Shown piece after piece: positions 26,626 to 35,911 of a DNA stretch of 39,210 nt (its first letter is position 1; each line of letters begins with the position of its first letter). The notes under the pieces were generated by a model. It ran no database searches. It was not told where the DNA came from and saw only the letters and a program-made list of their open reading frames with translations. The stretch lies in NCBI GenBank assembly GCA_020629435.1, contig JAHDDI010000001.1, positions 1 to 39,210 on the forward strand, in the 5' to 3' direction. The position numbers and the translations under genes are program-made. Source of the DNA: Minisyncoccota bacterium. GTDB lineage: Bacteria; Patescibacteriota; Minisyncoccia; Phycocordibacterales; GCA-2747955.

Positions 26626-27165
26626 TTAGCCTGCGTTTATGTATACATCTGTCACATCATCCAGCTCTTCCAATGCATCCATTAACGCTTCAACCTTGCT
26701 CTCATCGTCTTCAGCTACAGGAATTTCAGTTCCAGGATTTGGTTCCCATTGATCATCAGTATTTTTGGTAAATCCCCAAGAGACAGAACCTGGTACACCC
26801 ATTGCATACCCTGCTTTAGAAAATGCATGTTTGATTTCTTGGGCTGTTCTATTTCGATTATCGGTAATAGCTTCGACCATGTACCCCACACCTCCTGGGC
26901 CATATCCTTCGTACATGACCTGTTCCATGGCGTCTGCATTTTTGTCAGAACCCTTTTTGATTGCTCGTTCAATATTGTCTTTTGGGACATCAAATTTTTT
27001 CGCCTTGTCTACTGCAGCAATCACGTTTGGGTGTGTTGGGTCACCATTTGCTTCTTTTACTGCCACCGAGATAAGTTTCGACATTTTAGTAAAAATTTTT
27101 CCTCGCTTTGCATCAACTGCTGCTTTTTTGTGTTTTATATTTGCCCATTTACTGTGTCCTGCCAT
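26626..27165 (-). CDS. YebC/PmpR-family protein, short form (179 aa)
   Basis: MAGHSKWANIKHKKAAVDAKRGKIFTK..., YEGYGPGGV..., TDNRNRT. It is about 60 aa shorter than typical YebC. Confidence 0.85.
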   Translation of the reverse strand: MAGHSKWANIKHKKAAVDAKRGKIFTKMSKLISVAVKEANGDPTHPNVIAAVDKAKKFDVPKDNIERAIKKGSDKNADAMEQVMYEGYGPGGVGYMVEAITDNRNRTAQEIKHAFSKAGYAMGVPGSVSWGFTKNTDDQWEPNPGTEIPVAEDDESKVEALMDALEELDDVTDVYINAG

Positions 27166-27240
27166 AGTACTGTGTAATTAATTTATATTCCATTTATTAT
27201 ACCAAAATATCTAGCCAACATGATGATATGATAATCAAAT

Positions 27241-27741
27241 ATGGAAAAAATGAATTTAAATGACTTAAAAAGTGAGACGATGGAATCTCTTTCTGTGAAA
27301 GCGGAGGTTTACTCGCCTGGATCATGGAAGAAAATACAGGGAGCAATAATCGAAATTGAAACAATGGAATTTAAAGACAAGGCGTTTAGCGCACAGGAAC
27401 TCCAGGAAGATTTTGAAAACAGGCAAAATGTAAATATTGTATTACGTCATGGAGTAATGGTTATTGGTTTTACATCTACAAGTATTAATGGAAATAACGC
27501 CCACATCAATAATGTCGTCATTCATCCTGATTACCAAGGACGTGGCCTTATTGGAACACTCATGTCTGAGTTAGAGAACACACTCAAGAGCCGTGCTGTG
27601 GTCGAAATTACCATGGATGCAGCTGTTGAAAACGGATATGCGGACAAAGTAAAAAAGTTTTATGGCGACAGGGTTCTGGAAATCGGAACAGACAAAAAAT
27701 CTCCTTGGGGACTACAGCGATTCTTTAGAATCTCTCTTTAG
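27241..27741 (+). CDS. GNAT-family N-acetyltransferase (166 aa)
   Basis: Acetyl-CoA-binding motif VVIHPDYQGRGLIGTLM. Confidence 0.8.
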   Translation: MEKMNLNDLKSETMESLSVKAEVYSPGSWKKIQGAIIEIETMEFKDKAFSAQELQEDFENRQNVNIVLRHGVMVIGFTSTSINGNNAHINNVVIHPDYQGRGLIGTLMSELENTLKSRAVVEITMDAAVENGYADKVKKFYGDRVLEIGTDKKSPWGLQRFFRISL

Positions 27742-28734
27742 TTATTTCGAAATTTGTAAATGCTCGTACGCCGCATCGGTCACTGTTCGTCCCCGTGGTG
27801 TTTTTTGAATTAAACCCATTTGCAACAGATATGGTTCATAGACCTCTTCGATGGTTGATGCGTCTTCTGAAATTGATGCTGCAATAGTAGACAGACCAAC
27901 CGGACCACCACCAAATTTTTCTATCATAGTGCGTAACATTTGTCGGTCAATTTCGTTTAACCCCAATGTGTCGACACCCTGCATGGCCATTGTGCGTTCA
28001 ACCACATCTGCTGTGATCTGTGTCCCATCTAGCTGTGCGGTATCACGACTACGTTTTAATAAATAATTAGCAGTACGGGGGGTCGACCTAGATCGCCGTG
28101 CAATTTCCAGCGCAGCGTCGTCGGTAACTTTCATATCTAATACCAGGGCTGAATTTTTTACAATTTTGGCAATTTCTGTTTCCGAATATAATTCTAATCG
28201 GTGGACCCCCCCTGAAAACCGGCTACGTAATGGTGGTGACATTAAACTGATTCTTGTTGTTGCTGCAACCAGTGTGAACGCTGGCATTTCTATTTGTACG
28301 GTTCGAGCACTCGGGCCCTTGCCGACAATAATATCCAATGTACCGTTTTCCATAGCAGGATATAAAATTTCTTCGATTGATTTATTTAGCCCGTGGATTT
28401 CATCGATAAACAAAACGTCACCATCTGACAGGTTAGACAGAATACTGGCTAGGTCTGACCCTTTTTCAATTGCAGGTCCGCTAGTTATTTTTATCTGCGC
28501 ACCAATTTCTTTGGCTATTAAATATGACAGAGTAGTTTTACCCAAACCAGGTGGTCCATAAAACAGCAAGTGTTCCGGGTTGTGTCCACGTTGTTTTGCA
28601 GCATCTAACAATACGGTCAGATTTTCTTTGATTATTGTCTGCCCAATATATGCATCCCAATTATTAGGACGTAAAATAGTATCTAAGTTTGCTAGATTTC
28701 CGGCGGTTGTTGGTTGGTCGTGTTGGTCAGTCAT
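27742..28734 (-). CDS. ruvB: Holliday junction branch migration ATPase RuvB (330 aa)
   Basis: Walker A GPPGLGKTTL, Walker B LFIDEIH, and a winged-helix C-terminus. I prefer the start at ATG 28734 because TATACT lies 6 nt upstream and a terminator hairpin lies inside the longer track ORF. Confidence 0.92.
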   Translation of the reverse strand: MTDQHDQPTTAGNLANLDTILRPNNWDAYIGQTIIKENLTVLLDAAKQRGHNPEHLLFYGPPGLGKTTLSYLIAKEIGAQIKITSGPAIEKGSDLASILSNLSDGDVLFIDEIHGLNKSIEEILYPAMENGTLDIIVGKGPSARTVQIEMPAFTLVAATTRISLMSPPLRSRFSGGVHRLELYSETEIAKIVKNSALVLDMKVTDDAALEIARRSRSTPRTANYLLKRSRDTAQLDGTQITADVVERTMAMQGVDTLGLNEIDRQMLRTMIEKFGGGPVGLSTIAASISEDASTIEEVYEPYLLQMGLIQKTPRGRTVTDAAYEHLQISK

Positions 28735-28740
28735 ACAAAC

Positions 28741-28746
28741 AGTATA
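28741..28746 (-). promoter_or_regulatory. -10 hexamer TATACT 6 nt upstream of the ruvB ATG
   Basis: Minus-strand read: TATACT-gtttgt-ATG (28734). Confidence 0.5.
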
Positions 28747-28751
28747 GCAAA

Positions 28752-28774
28752 GGCCGCAGACTTCGTCTGCGGCC
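28752..28774 (-). terminator. Hairpin downstream of the pilB-like gene
   Basis: GGCCGCAGAC-TTC-GTCTGCGGCC, a perfect 10-bp stem with only a short T-run on the minus strand. Confidence 0.6.
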
Positions 28775-28807
28775 AAAGCAATGCCGACTTTTCAACATAT
28801 GCAGGTG

Positions 28808-30490
28808 TTAATCCAAATCAACAACCCGTTGTAATTCTGCGAAACTGGTTGTACCTTGGAACACTTTTGCCACCCCATCTTCACGCATGTCTAATACTTC
28901 TTGGTGTCGGGTACCTTTTTTAATATCATGTTCAGACATGGTTGTTTTCAATAACGCCTCTAGTTTTTCATCCATAAAGATTACTTCGAATATTCCCAAG
29001 CGACCTTTGTATCCAGTGTTGTTACATTTTGCGCATCCCCCTGCTTCATATACCACATCTGTTTGTGGAACGTACATGTCACGTTTGGGCATAGTATTTA
29101 GAATTTTGGTTACCATGTTTCGCGTGTATTCTTTGTATTCCATATATGGTTTTTCAACTTTGCAATGTTCACATAGTTTTCGAACCAATCGCTGTGCAAT
29201 TGCAGCGTTAAGTGCCACAGACAATGTGTCTGCAGTTACCCCTAAATCTGCCAATCGTGCAAATGTTCCCGCTGCTGAATTGGTGTGCAAGGTAGAAAAC
29301 ACCAAGTGTCCCGTCAGCGCAGAATTAGCCGCAATTTTTGCAGTGTCTTCGTCTCGGATCTCACCAACCATGATCACGTCAGGGTCTTGTCGTAGTGCCG
29401 CTCGCAAACCAGATAGGAACGTATATCCTTTTTGTACGTCAACTTGGGTTTGTACAATACCATCGATATGATATTCAATAGGGTTTTCAATGGTGATTAT
29501 TTTTACCTGTGGTGAACGAATCGATTTAACAAAAGCAAACAGAGTCGTTGATTTACCTGACCCAGTTGGTCCTGTATTTAAAATGAGTCCATTTGGTCGT
29601 TTAATTTCACGTTCCATGCGCTCTAACAGGTCATCTTGCATTCCCAAACTTTTCAGCGAAACAGAAATTGCCCGTGGGTCCAAGAGACGCATTACAATTG
29701 ACTCGCCATATGCATCAGGTAGTGTTGATGTTCGGATTTCAATATCTGAATCTGCTAATTTAATAGAAAATCGACCGTCTTGAGCATTCTCACGAATATT
29801 TAATTTTAATCCCGCTGTCAGTTTAATTCGTGACAAAATCCGTTGGTATGTACCCAAGTCAAAGTCCGTGATATGGGTCAAAATACCATCTAAACGATAG
29901 CGTAACCCCACATGTGTTTCAGTGGGCTCCACGTGAATATCTGATGCCCCTAATGCATAAGCCGCATATAAAATAATTTCAATTACTTTTGAAACCCGGT
30001 ATACCTGTTTTGACGCCAACGCTTGGTCTAACAACGCTTTTGCTTGATCAATAGATGAGACCTGTAACAACACGTCATTAATATCTGCAGACGAAATATC
30101 AATAACGCCCTCTTCTGTTTTAACCGCATAAGAAATGTCTCCATAACGATCCCATGCTTTATTGAGAGAAACAGACGATGCCATAAATACCGTAGGTTCG
30201 TATTTTTTTTCACGTAGGCGCGTCAGTTCTCGTGCTAGTTCTGGATTATGTGGAGAAATAACTGCAATAGCCAAACGCTTATCGGATAAATTAAATCCGG
30301 CCATTCCTGCCTTTTTTGCGCGATCTTCGGGGATAACTTTTAGTGCGTCAGTGTTGATAGGCACCGACGAGAGATCCACATATCCAACACCATGTTTATT
30401 GGCCATAGCTTTTACTAGTTTTTCTGCCTGTAGTGCCTTGAGTTGTCGCAGGCGCACCATCTGTTTTGATTCCGCAAATTGCAATGTCAT
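28808..30490 (-). CDS. pilB: Type II/IV secretion-family hexameric ATPase, PilB/GspE-like (560 aa)
   Basis: N-terminal GSPII_E_N-like domain, Walker A GPTGSGKST, Walker B MVGEIRD, His box TGHLVFSTLHTN, and a tetracysteine CEHC...CAKC. Confidence 0.85.
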   Translation of the reverse strand: MTLQFAESKQMVRLRQLKALQAEKLVKAMANKHGVGYVDLSSVPINTDALKVIPEDRAKKAGMAGFNLSDKRLAIAVISPHNPELARELTRLREKKYEPTVFMASSVSLNKAWDRYGDISYAVKTEEGVIDISSADINDVLLQVSSIDQAKALLDQALASKQVYRVSKVIEIILYAAYALGASDIHVEPTETHVGLRYRLDGILTHITDFDLGTYQRILSRIKLTAGLKLNIRENAQDGRFSIKLADSDIEIRTSTLPDAYGESIVMRLLDPRAISVSLKSLGMQDDLLERMEREIKRPNGLILNTGPTGSGKSTTLFAFVKSIRSPQVKIITIENPIEYHIDGIVQTQVDVQKGYTFLSGLRAALRQDPDVIMVGEIRDEDTAKIAANSALTGHLVFSTLHTNSAAGTFARLADLGVTADTLSVALNAAIAQRLVRKLCEHCKVEKPYMEYKEYTRNMVTKILNTMPKRDMYVPQTDVVYEAGGCAKCNNTGYKGRLGIFEVIFMDEKLEALLKTTMSEHDIKKGTRHQEVLDMREDGVAKVFQGTTSFAELQRVVDLD

Positions 30491-30496
30491 AGCACC

Positions 30497-30502
30497 AGTA
30501 TA
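30497..30502 (-). promoter_or_regulatory. -10 hexamer TATACT 6 nt upstream of the pilB-like ATG
   Basis: Minus-strand read: TATACT-ggtgct-ATG (30490). Confidence 0.5.
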
Positions 30503-30540
30503 TCAGTTTTGAATACAAAAAATAAACCGTTGTGTTTTGA

Positions 30541-30546
30541 TATACT
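30541..30546 (+). promoter_or_regulatory. -10 hexamer TATACT 6 nt upstream of the tsaE ATG
   Basis: TATACT-tgttgt-ATG (30553). Confidence 0.5.
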
Positions 30547-30552
30547 TGTTGT

Positions 30553-30987
30553 ATGAAAAAAACATGGACTATTAATTCATTGGATGATCTAAATCAATTT
30601 GCATCTCTGCTCGTTGGTGATCTACAGAAACAAGATACATCAGCAGTTATTACCCTCTCTGGTGACTTAGGCGCTGGAAAAACCACACTAACCCAAATGA
30701 TAGGAAAGAATTTTGGCATTACCGAACCCATGGGGTCGCCTACTTTTGTGATTTCAAAATATTATGATTTGAAAAATCAGGCATGGAAGCGACTGGTTCA
30801 TATTGACGCATATAGGTTGGATGGTCAAAATCTAGAACCACTTGATTTCCCGACATTATTTTCAGACCCAAACAACATTGTCATTATTGAATGGCCTGAA
30901 TATATTGCATCCGTATTACCCAAACAACACACCTCTATTTCTATCACCTTGAATGAAAATGATTCACGAACAATTGATATTGTGTAA
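30553..30987 (+). CDS. tsaE: tRNA threonylcarbamoyladenosine biosynthesis ATPase TsaE (144 aa)
   Basis: P-loop LSGDLGAGKTTLTQ, SPTF motif, and typical size. Confidence 0.85.
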   Translation: MKKTWTINSLDDLNQFASLLVGDLQKQDTSAVITLSGDLGAGKTTLTQMIGKNFGITEPMGSPTFVISKYYDLKNQAWKRLVHIDAYRLDGQNLEPLDFPTLFSDPNNIVIIEWPEYIASVLPKQHTSISITLNENDSRTIDIV

Positions 30988-30999
30988 ATAAAAAATCAT

Positions 31000-31028
31000 G
31001 GGAGCAGCCTATCACGCGCTCCCTTTTT
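31000..31028 (+). terminator. Intrinsic terminator after tsaE
   Basis: GGGAGC...GCTCCC stem followed by TTTTT. Confidence 0.65.
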
Positions 31029-31041
31029 CGTTGTCTGAAAA

Positions 31042-31050
31042 TGTTACAAT
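31042..31050 (+). promoter_or_regulatory. Extended -10 TGTTACAAT 6 nt upstream of the polA ATG
   Basis: TGt-TACAAT-ttatct-ATG (31057). Confidence 0.5.
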
Positions 31051-31056
31051 TTATCT

Positions 31057-33435
31057 ATGACTAAATCTGCTTATACTACTCGGACTGTTTTATTAGATGC
31101 ACACGCTATTATTCACCGTGCCTACCACGCTATGCCTGACTTTGCGACACGAGATGGAAAACCAACCGGGGGATTATATGGTGTCTGCACTATGTTGCTG
31201 AAAATCATTGATGAACTGAAGCCTGACTATGTCATTGCTTGTTATGACCTGCCCAAGCCAACATTTCGTCATGTTGCCTATGACAACTACAAAGGCGGCC
31301 GTAAAGAATCTGATGATGATCTGAAAGAACAGCTGCAGACCAGTCGAGAAATTTTTGAAGCATTTAGTATTCCAATTTACGAACTCGAAGGCTATGAAGC
31401 GGACGATATTTTAGGAACTATTGCAGAGCAGCTAAAACCAGACCTAAGTCATGAAATAATTATTGCCTCAGGAGACATGGACACCATGCAATTAATTGAT
31501 GCCGATCAGGTGCAGGTATATACACTGAAAAAAGGAATCACTAATACTATTTTATATGATGAAAACGCAGTAGTGGAACGGTACGGGTTTGGATCTGACT
31601 TAATAGCCGACTATAAAGGTTTGGCAGGGGACTCTTCAGATAACATTAAAGGGGTCAAGGGAATTGGTGCAAAAACTGCCACCAATCTGATACAACAATT
31701 TGGAACGGTAGAACAAATTTACTCAGCATTACACAAAGACGAACAGTTATTATTGGATGCCGGAGTGACTAAACGTATGGTAGGGTTGTTGGCTGAGTCC
31801 GAAGAAGACGCCTTGTTCTCGAAAGAGCTGGCGACTATTAAATGTGATGTTCCGATTACCTACACTATCCCTGATCACAAATTTCATGATGGGATTAATT
31901 TGGCTGATGCGGGGGATTTGTTTCGAAAGTTAGAGTTTCGAACCATGTTGGTTAAATTAAAATCAACCTTGGGTATCAAAGAAGACAAAGTACAGGATTC
32001 ATTATTTGCTGATGAGTCTGACATTGACGCAGTAGATCTAGCACAAGCAAAACTGGCGGTGTGGTTATTAAATCCTGTTATTTCTGAGCCATCACTAGAT
32101 GATGTGTTGCGATATGGTGATGACTTTGAAACAGCATTCAAAGAACTACAAAAAGACATTACCGAACAAGAATTAGATTTTGTATGGAAAGAAATTGAAT
32201 GTGCTGGTATCGATGCAGTCAACACAATGAACGGTAACGGATTTAATATTGACCAAAAACAACTAGAGAAATTATCGAAACAATTCCATAAAAAAATTGA
32301 AGTCTTGGAAAAATCAATCTATGCGCATGCAGGAGAAGAATTTAATATTAAATCTACCCAGCAACTTTCGCGCATACTATTTGAAGTAATGGAGCTTCCA
32401 ACAAAAGGCATCAAAAAAACACCAAAAGGTGTGCTGTCGACCAAAGAGTCTGAATTAGAAAAATTACAGTCACAACATGCAATCATTAATGACATTCTCT
32501 CGTACCGAGAATTAACCAAATTAACGTCAACCTATCTAGACAATATCAAACCCATGATAGACCAAACGACTGGGCGTTTATATGCAACATTTGTACCCAC
32601 AGGAACCACTACTGGTCGCATGTCTTCGCGTGATCCTAATTTACAAAATATTCCTGTCTCAGGACAATACGGTAAAATGATACGAACCATTTTTGTGCCA
32701 TCTGATGGGTACACTTTGGTTGCGTGTGACTACAGCCAAATTGAACTACGTATGGCTGCAGAATTGTCAGGCGATGAAACTTTTATTAATGCATTCATTA
32801 ACGGAGAAGATATCCATGCAAAAGTGGCGGAAGAGTTATTTGGAAACGCTGATGGAGAAAATCGACGCAAAGCAAAAGTAATTAATTTTGGAATTCTTTA
32901 TGGAATGGGTGCTAATGCACTACGTAATAATTTAGGTACTGATGAACATAGTTTAGACGAAGCCCGTAATTATCTGGAACAATATTTTATTCAGTTCCCT
33001 ACACTTGCCGCATATCTGGAAAGCACCAAAGAATTTGCCCGAGAATTTGGATTTACAAAAACATTATTTGGACGGCGCCGTCATTTTAAAGACATTAATA
33101 GTAAGATTCCGTTTCTGCGCGCGAGTGCAGAGCGTATGGCCATTAATGCGCCAATCCAAGGTACCGCAACAGCAGACATTATCAAACTAGCTTTACGTGA
33201 CGTTCATCAATACATTAACGATAACTCATTACAGTCAGAAATTAAAACTTTGGCACAAGTGCATGACGAACTAGTGTTTGAAATACAAGATGCAAATGTT
33301 TCAAAACACAGTGCTGAAATAAAAAAAATTATGGAATCTGTTTTAAAAAAATATGCAAAACAAATTTCAGTGCAAACACAAGTGCCGCTGGTTGTTGAAG
33401 TGAACACAGGCGCTAACTGGGCAGAAACAAAATAA
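31057..33435 (+). CDS. polA: DNA polymerase I (792 aa): 5'-nuclease domain plus family A polymerase domain
   Basis: 5'-nuclease N-terminus LLDAHAIIHRAYHAMP. Pol motif A DYSQIELR, motif B RRKAKVINFGILYGM, motif C QVHDELVFE. Confidence 0.93.
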   Translation: MTKSAYTTRTVLLDAHAIIHRAYHAMPDFATRDGKPTGGLYGVCTMLLKIIDELKPDYVIACYDLPKPTFRHVAYDNYKGGRKESDDDLKEQLQTSREIFEAFSIPIYELEGYEADDILGTIAEQLKPDLSHEIIIASGDMDTMQLIDADQVQVYTLKKGITNTILYDENAVVERYGFGSDLIADYKGLAGDSSDNIKGVKGIGAKTATNLIQQFGTVEQIYSALHKDEQLLLDAGVTKRMVGLLAESEEDALFSKELATIKCDVPITYTIPDHKFHDGINLADAGDLFRKLEFRTMLVKLKSTLGIKEDKVQDSLFADESDIDAVDLAQAKLAVWLLNPVISEPSLDDVLRYGDDFETAFKELQKDITEQELDFVWKEIECAGIDAVNTMNGNGFNIDQKQLEKLSKQFHKKIEVLEKSIYAHAGEEFNIKSTQQLSRILFEVMELPTKGIKKTPKGVLSTKESELEKLQSQHAIINDILSYRELTKLTSTYLDNIKPMIDQTTGRLYATFVPTGTTTGRMSSRDPNLQNIPVSGQYGKMIRTIFVPSDGYTLVACDYSQIELRMAAELSGDETFINAFINGEDIHAKVAEELFGNADGENRRKAKVINFGILYGMGANALRNNLGTDEHSLDEARNYLEQYFIQFPTLAAYLESTKEFAREFGFTKTLFGRRRHFKDINSKIPFLRASAERMAINAPIQGTATADIIKLALRDVHQYINDNSLQSEIKTLAQVHDELVFEIQDANVSKHSAEIKKIMESVLKKYAKQISVQTQVPLVVEVNTGANWAETK

Positions 33436-33440
33436 CAGCA

Positions 33441-33472
33441 AAAAAACCAACCCGGCAAGGGTTGGTTTTTTT
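33441..33472. terminator. Bidirectional intrinsic terminator between polA and the convergent 173-aa gene
   Basis: AAAAAACCAACCC-GGCAA-GGGTTGGTTTTTTT. Confidence 0.75.
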
Positions 33473-33473
33473 A

Positions 33474-33995
33474 TTACCGTAATGAACGTGCGCGGATTTT
33501 ATAAGGAGAATTAGTGGTTGAACCATACACTTGAACCACCTGGTCAATTTCCCATACTGACGGTGGTGATAATTCGTAACGTAATATGTCGCGTAGATCA
33601 ACTTCATATCCTGGCTCTTCTAATGATTTAGAAATATATGCGACCAGGTATTCTCCACGTGAATCTGTTTGTGAACCATAACCAACTAATGTTCCCACCA
33701 CATCTGGTTCCCCTGTTTCAAATGACGCACTGTTGGCCTGTCCACTATCTCCCCCTCCCCCAACAGCAACACCTCGCTTATCAGTTCCATCAAAACGAGC
33801 AACCGGATTACCTGCTGCTGCGTCTCGTGTAGCTTGTAGTGCTGCTAACTCCGCATCTAAATCTGAAGCAACAGCATCTGATTCATCTGCACCTGACGGC
33901 CACATCATATAAATAGCAAAAAGCGTTACTACTCCCAAAACATATAACATTTTTTTACTTTTACCGACTTGTTCCTGTAATGCCTCTTTATCCAT
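33474..33995 (-). CDS. Membrane-anchored hypothetical protein (173 aa)
   Basis: ORF track (TTG start at 33998). ATG 33995 has TATAAT 6 nt upstream. TM segment MLYVLGVVTLFAIYMMW. Confidence 0.65.
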   Translation of the reverse strand: MDKEALQEQVGKSKKMLYVLGVVTLFAIYMMWPSGADESDAVASDLDAELAALQATRDAAAGNPVARFDGTDKRGVAVGGGGDSGQANSASFETGEPDVVGTLVGYGSQTDSRGEYLVAYISKSLEEPGYEVDLRDILRYELSPPSVWEIDQVVQVYGSTTNSPYKIRARSLR

Positions 33996-34001
33996 CAAAA
34001 A

Positions 34002-34007
34002 ATTATA
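34002..34007 (-). promoter_or_regulatory. -10 hexamer TATAAT 6 nt upstream of ATG 33995
   Basis: Minus-strand read: TATAAT-tttttg-ATG. Confidence 0.5.
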
Positions 34008-34044
34008 ACATCATTATTTGTAATCTGCCCCAGTGCTGTTGGTG

Positions 34045-34050
34045 TATAAT
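34045..34050 (+). promoter_or_regulatory. -10 hexamer TATAAT 6 nt upstream of ATG 34057
   Basis: TATAAT-atgtgt-ATG. Confidence 0.5.
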
Positions 34051-34056
34051 ATGTGT

Positions 34057-34758
34057 ATGTTATATATGGCGGTTGGAACAGACTTTACACAAAGAAAAAC
34101 ATACACTCAAAGTGTTCTAGAAAAGATGCAGGCGAAACGACCTGACGCACAAATGGTCATACTAGACAGTGATAGTTTTTCTCCAAATACATGCGAACAA
34201 TTTCTCTCTAGTGTCGGATTATTTGATGAAAAATCAATAATTGTAATCAATTCGGTTTGTGAAACAAAAGAACACAAAGAATACTTATTATCACACCTCC
34301 AAGATATGATAAATTCAGATAACGCCTTTGTGTTGTCCGAGAATAAATTAACCCCAACAGAAATCAAAAAAATTAAAGATATTGGTGTAAATATTTCAAT
34401 GTTTGCAGAAAACACAAAGCCTTCATTTTCAAATATTTTTGTTATGGGAGATTTGTTGCTTCAAAAAAATAAACAAAAATTGTTATTAGATTTATACACA
34501 AACACCAACAATGGAACAAGTATAGAAGAAATAGTTGGGGTGTTGTTGTGGCAATTAAAATCATTGTTGTTATGTCAACAATACAGTGAAGCAGAATCTG
34601 GTCTTAAAAATTATGTATATAAAAAATGTAAACAATGTTCGTGGTCACCAGAAGAAACAATGGAAGTTTACAAAAAAATTATCAACCACTACCACCAATC
34701 AAGGTTGGGTGGTCTTGATTTGTTTACAAGAATAGAATTATCAATTATGGAATTATAA
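34057..34758 (+). CDS. Hypothetical protein (233 aa), possibly a short DNA polymerase III delta (HolA)-like clamp-loader subunit
   Basis: ORF track frame. The N-terminal region (VILDSDSF...FLSSVGLFDEKSIIVIN) loosely resembles the HolA N-domain. It lies next to dnaN. The functional call is weak. Confidence 0.5.
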   Translation: MLYMAVGTDFTQRKTYTQSVLEKMQAKRPDAQMVILDSDSFSPNTCEQFLSSVGLFDEKSIIVINSVCETKEHKEYLLSHLQDMINSDNAFVLSENKLTPTEIKKIKDIGVNISMFAENTKPSFSNIFVMGDLLLQKNKQKLLLDLYTNTNNGTSIEEIVGVLLWQLKSLLLCQQYSEAESGLKNYVYKKCKQCSWSPEETMEVYKKIINHYHQSRLGGLDLFTRIELSIMEL

Positions 34759-34781
34759 AACCACACATTGTGTGGTTTTAT
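34755..34781. terminator. Bidirectional terminator between the HolA-like gene and dnaN
   Basis: ATAAAACCACAC-ATT-GTGTGGTTTTAT. Confidence 0.7.
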
Positions 34782-34783
34782 AA

Positions 34784-35899
34784 TTATTTATTCAATGGCA
34801 TGACTATGTATGTCAGTTTACTGTCAGGCACTGTGTTTATTTTTAATGGTCGACCCGGGTCAGTGAAAGATATCTCTAAGCTATCTGTGGTTACCGATGG
34901 GAGACACTCTGAAATATACCTGTGGTTGAATTTTACAGAAATACTATCTCCTTCTAGTGCGGCAGGAATGTTTGTTTGGTTTGTTCCTGTGGTTTGGTTT
35001 GAACTAGTTAATTCACATAGTTTACTTTTTGGGTCAATATTTAGTAACACTTCGTGAAATTCATTTGAAAAAATATTTGACAGTTGTAGTACTTGGGCTA
35101 AATCTTCTTTTAAGATAACTGCGCTTGTTTCTTTTTCTTTTGGAATCAAACGTTTATAGTCGGGAAAATTACCTGAAACTAGTCGGCAGGTAAAGTAGAT
35201 ATTACCCGCTTGAATTGCTAATTGATTGTCTGTAATAAAGAAATCAATTGTATTTGAATCGTTATTATCGAATACTTTTGCAATAATTGCGGCTGATTTT
35301 ACTGGTAATAAAAGTGAAAAATCATCAGGACCCAAATCTGTTCTGAATATTTTTTCAATCAACCGAAACCCATCTGTACATACGAAATATAGATGACCTG
35401 CTTCATAATTAATAAAAATTGAAGACAGTTCAGGTTTAATATTAGAATGTGATGCCGCAAATGACACTGTTTGTATTCCAACAATAAAATCTTTTATTGG
35501 AAAGTTAAATTGTTTGGTCTCTTCATCGGTCTCTATGTGTGGTATGGCAGGAAATTCGGTGTGTTCTAGAGTACTTACCTTTGTATTGGATAGACTGTTC
35601 GTTATTAACCCTTGTGTGTCTTTCAGTTCAAATTTAAGGGTGTCGTCTTTTTTGTTTGTGTTGGAAATCAACCGTGTTAAAACATCACTAGGAATTGCAG
35701 TGGTGCCTTCAGTCTCTACTTGGGCAGGAATAGTGATTGTTAACGCGTGTTCAATATCAGTTGTTTGTAATAACACTTGATCATTTGTTGTTGTCACTAA
35801 AACACAAGACAGAACAGGTAGGTCGATGTTCTTTGAAACAATCGCATTTGTTTTCTGTAATGCTTTATGTAATTTGTTTTGTACACAATTGAACTTCAT
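34784..35899 (-). CDS. dnaN: DNA polymerase III beta sliding clamp (371 aa)
   Basis: MKFNCVQNKLHKALQKTNAIVSKNIDLPVLSCVLV. Three-domain length. It lies immediately downstream of dnaA. Confidence 0.92.
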   Translation of the reverse strand: MKFNCVQNKLHKALQKTNAIVSKNIDLPVLSCVLVTTTNDQVLLQTTDIEHALTITIPAQVETEGTTAIPSDVLTRLISNTNKKDDTLKFELKDTQGLITNSLSNTKVSTLEHTEFPAIPHIETDEETKQFNFPIKDFIVGIQTVSFAASHSNIKPELSSIFINYEAGHLYFVCTDGFRLIEKIFRTDLGPDDFSLLLPVKSAAIIAKVFDNNDSNTIDFFITDNQLAIQAGNIYFTCRLVSGNFPDYKRLIPKEKETSAVILKEDLAQVLQLSNIFSNEFHEVLLNIDPKSKLCELTSSNQTTGTNQTNIPAALEGDSISVKFNHRYISECLPSVTTDSLEISFTDPGRPLKINTVPDSKLTYIVMPLNK

Positions 35900-35905
35900 A
35901 TATTT

Positions 35906-35911
35906 ATTATA
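35906..35911 (-). promoter_or_regulatory. -10 hexamer TATAAT 6 nt upstream of the dnaN ATG
   Basis: Minus-strand read: TATAAT-aaatat-ATG (35899). Confidence 0.5.

Noticed and set aside
27742-28776. Longer RuvB start at 28776 (MAADEVCGLCYTVC...)
   Set aside because: The extra 14 codons overlap the pilB terminator hairpin (28752..28774) and the TATACT box. ATG 28734 gives a canonical RuvB N-terminus.
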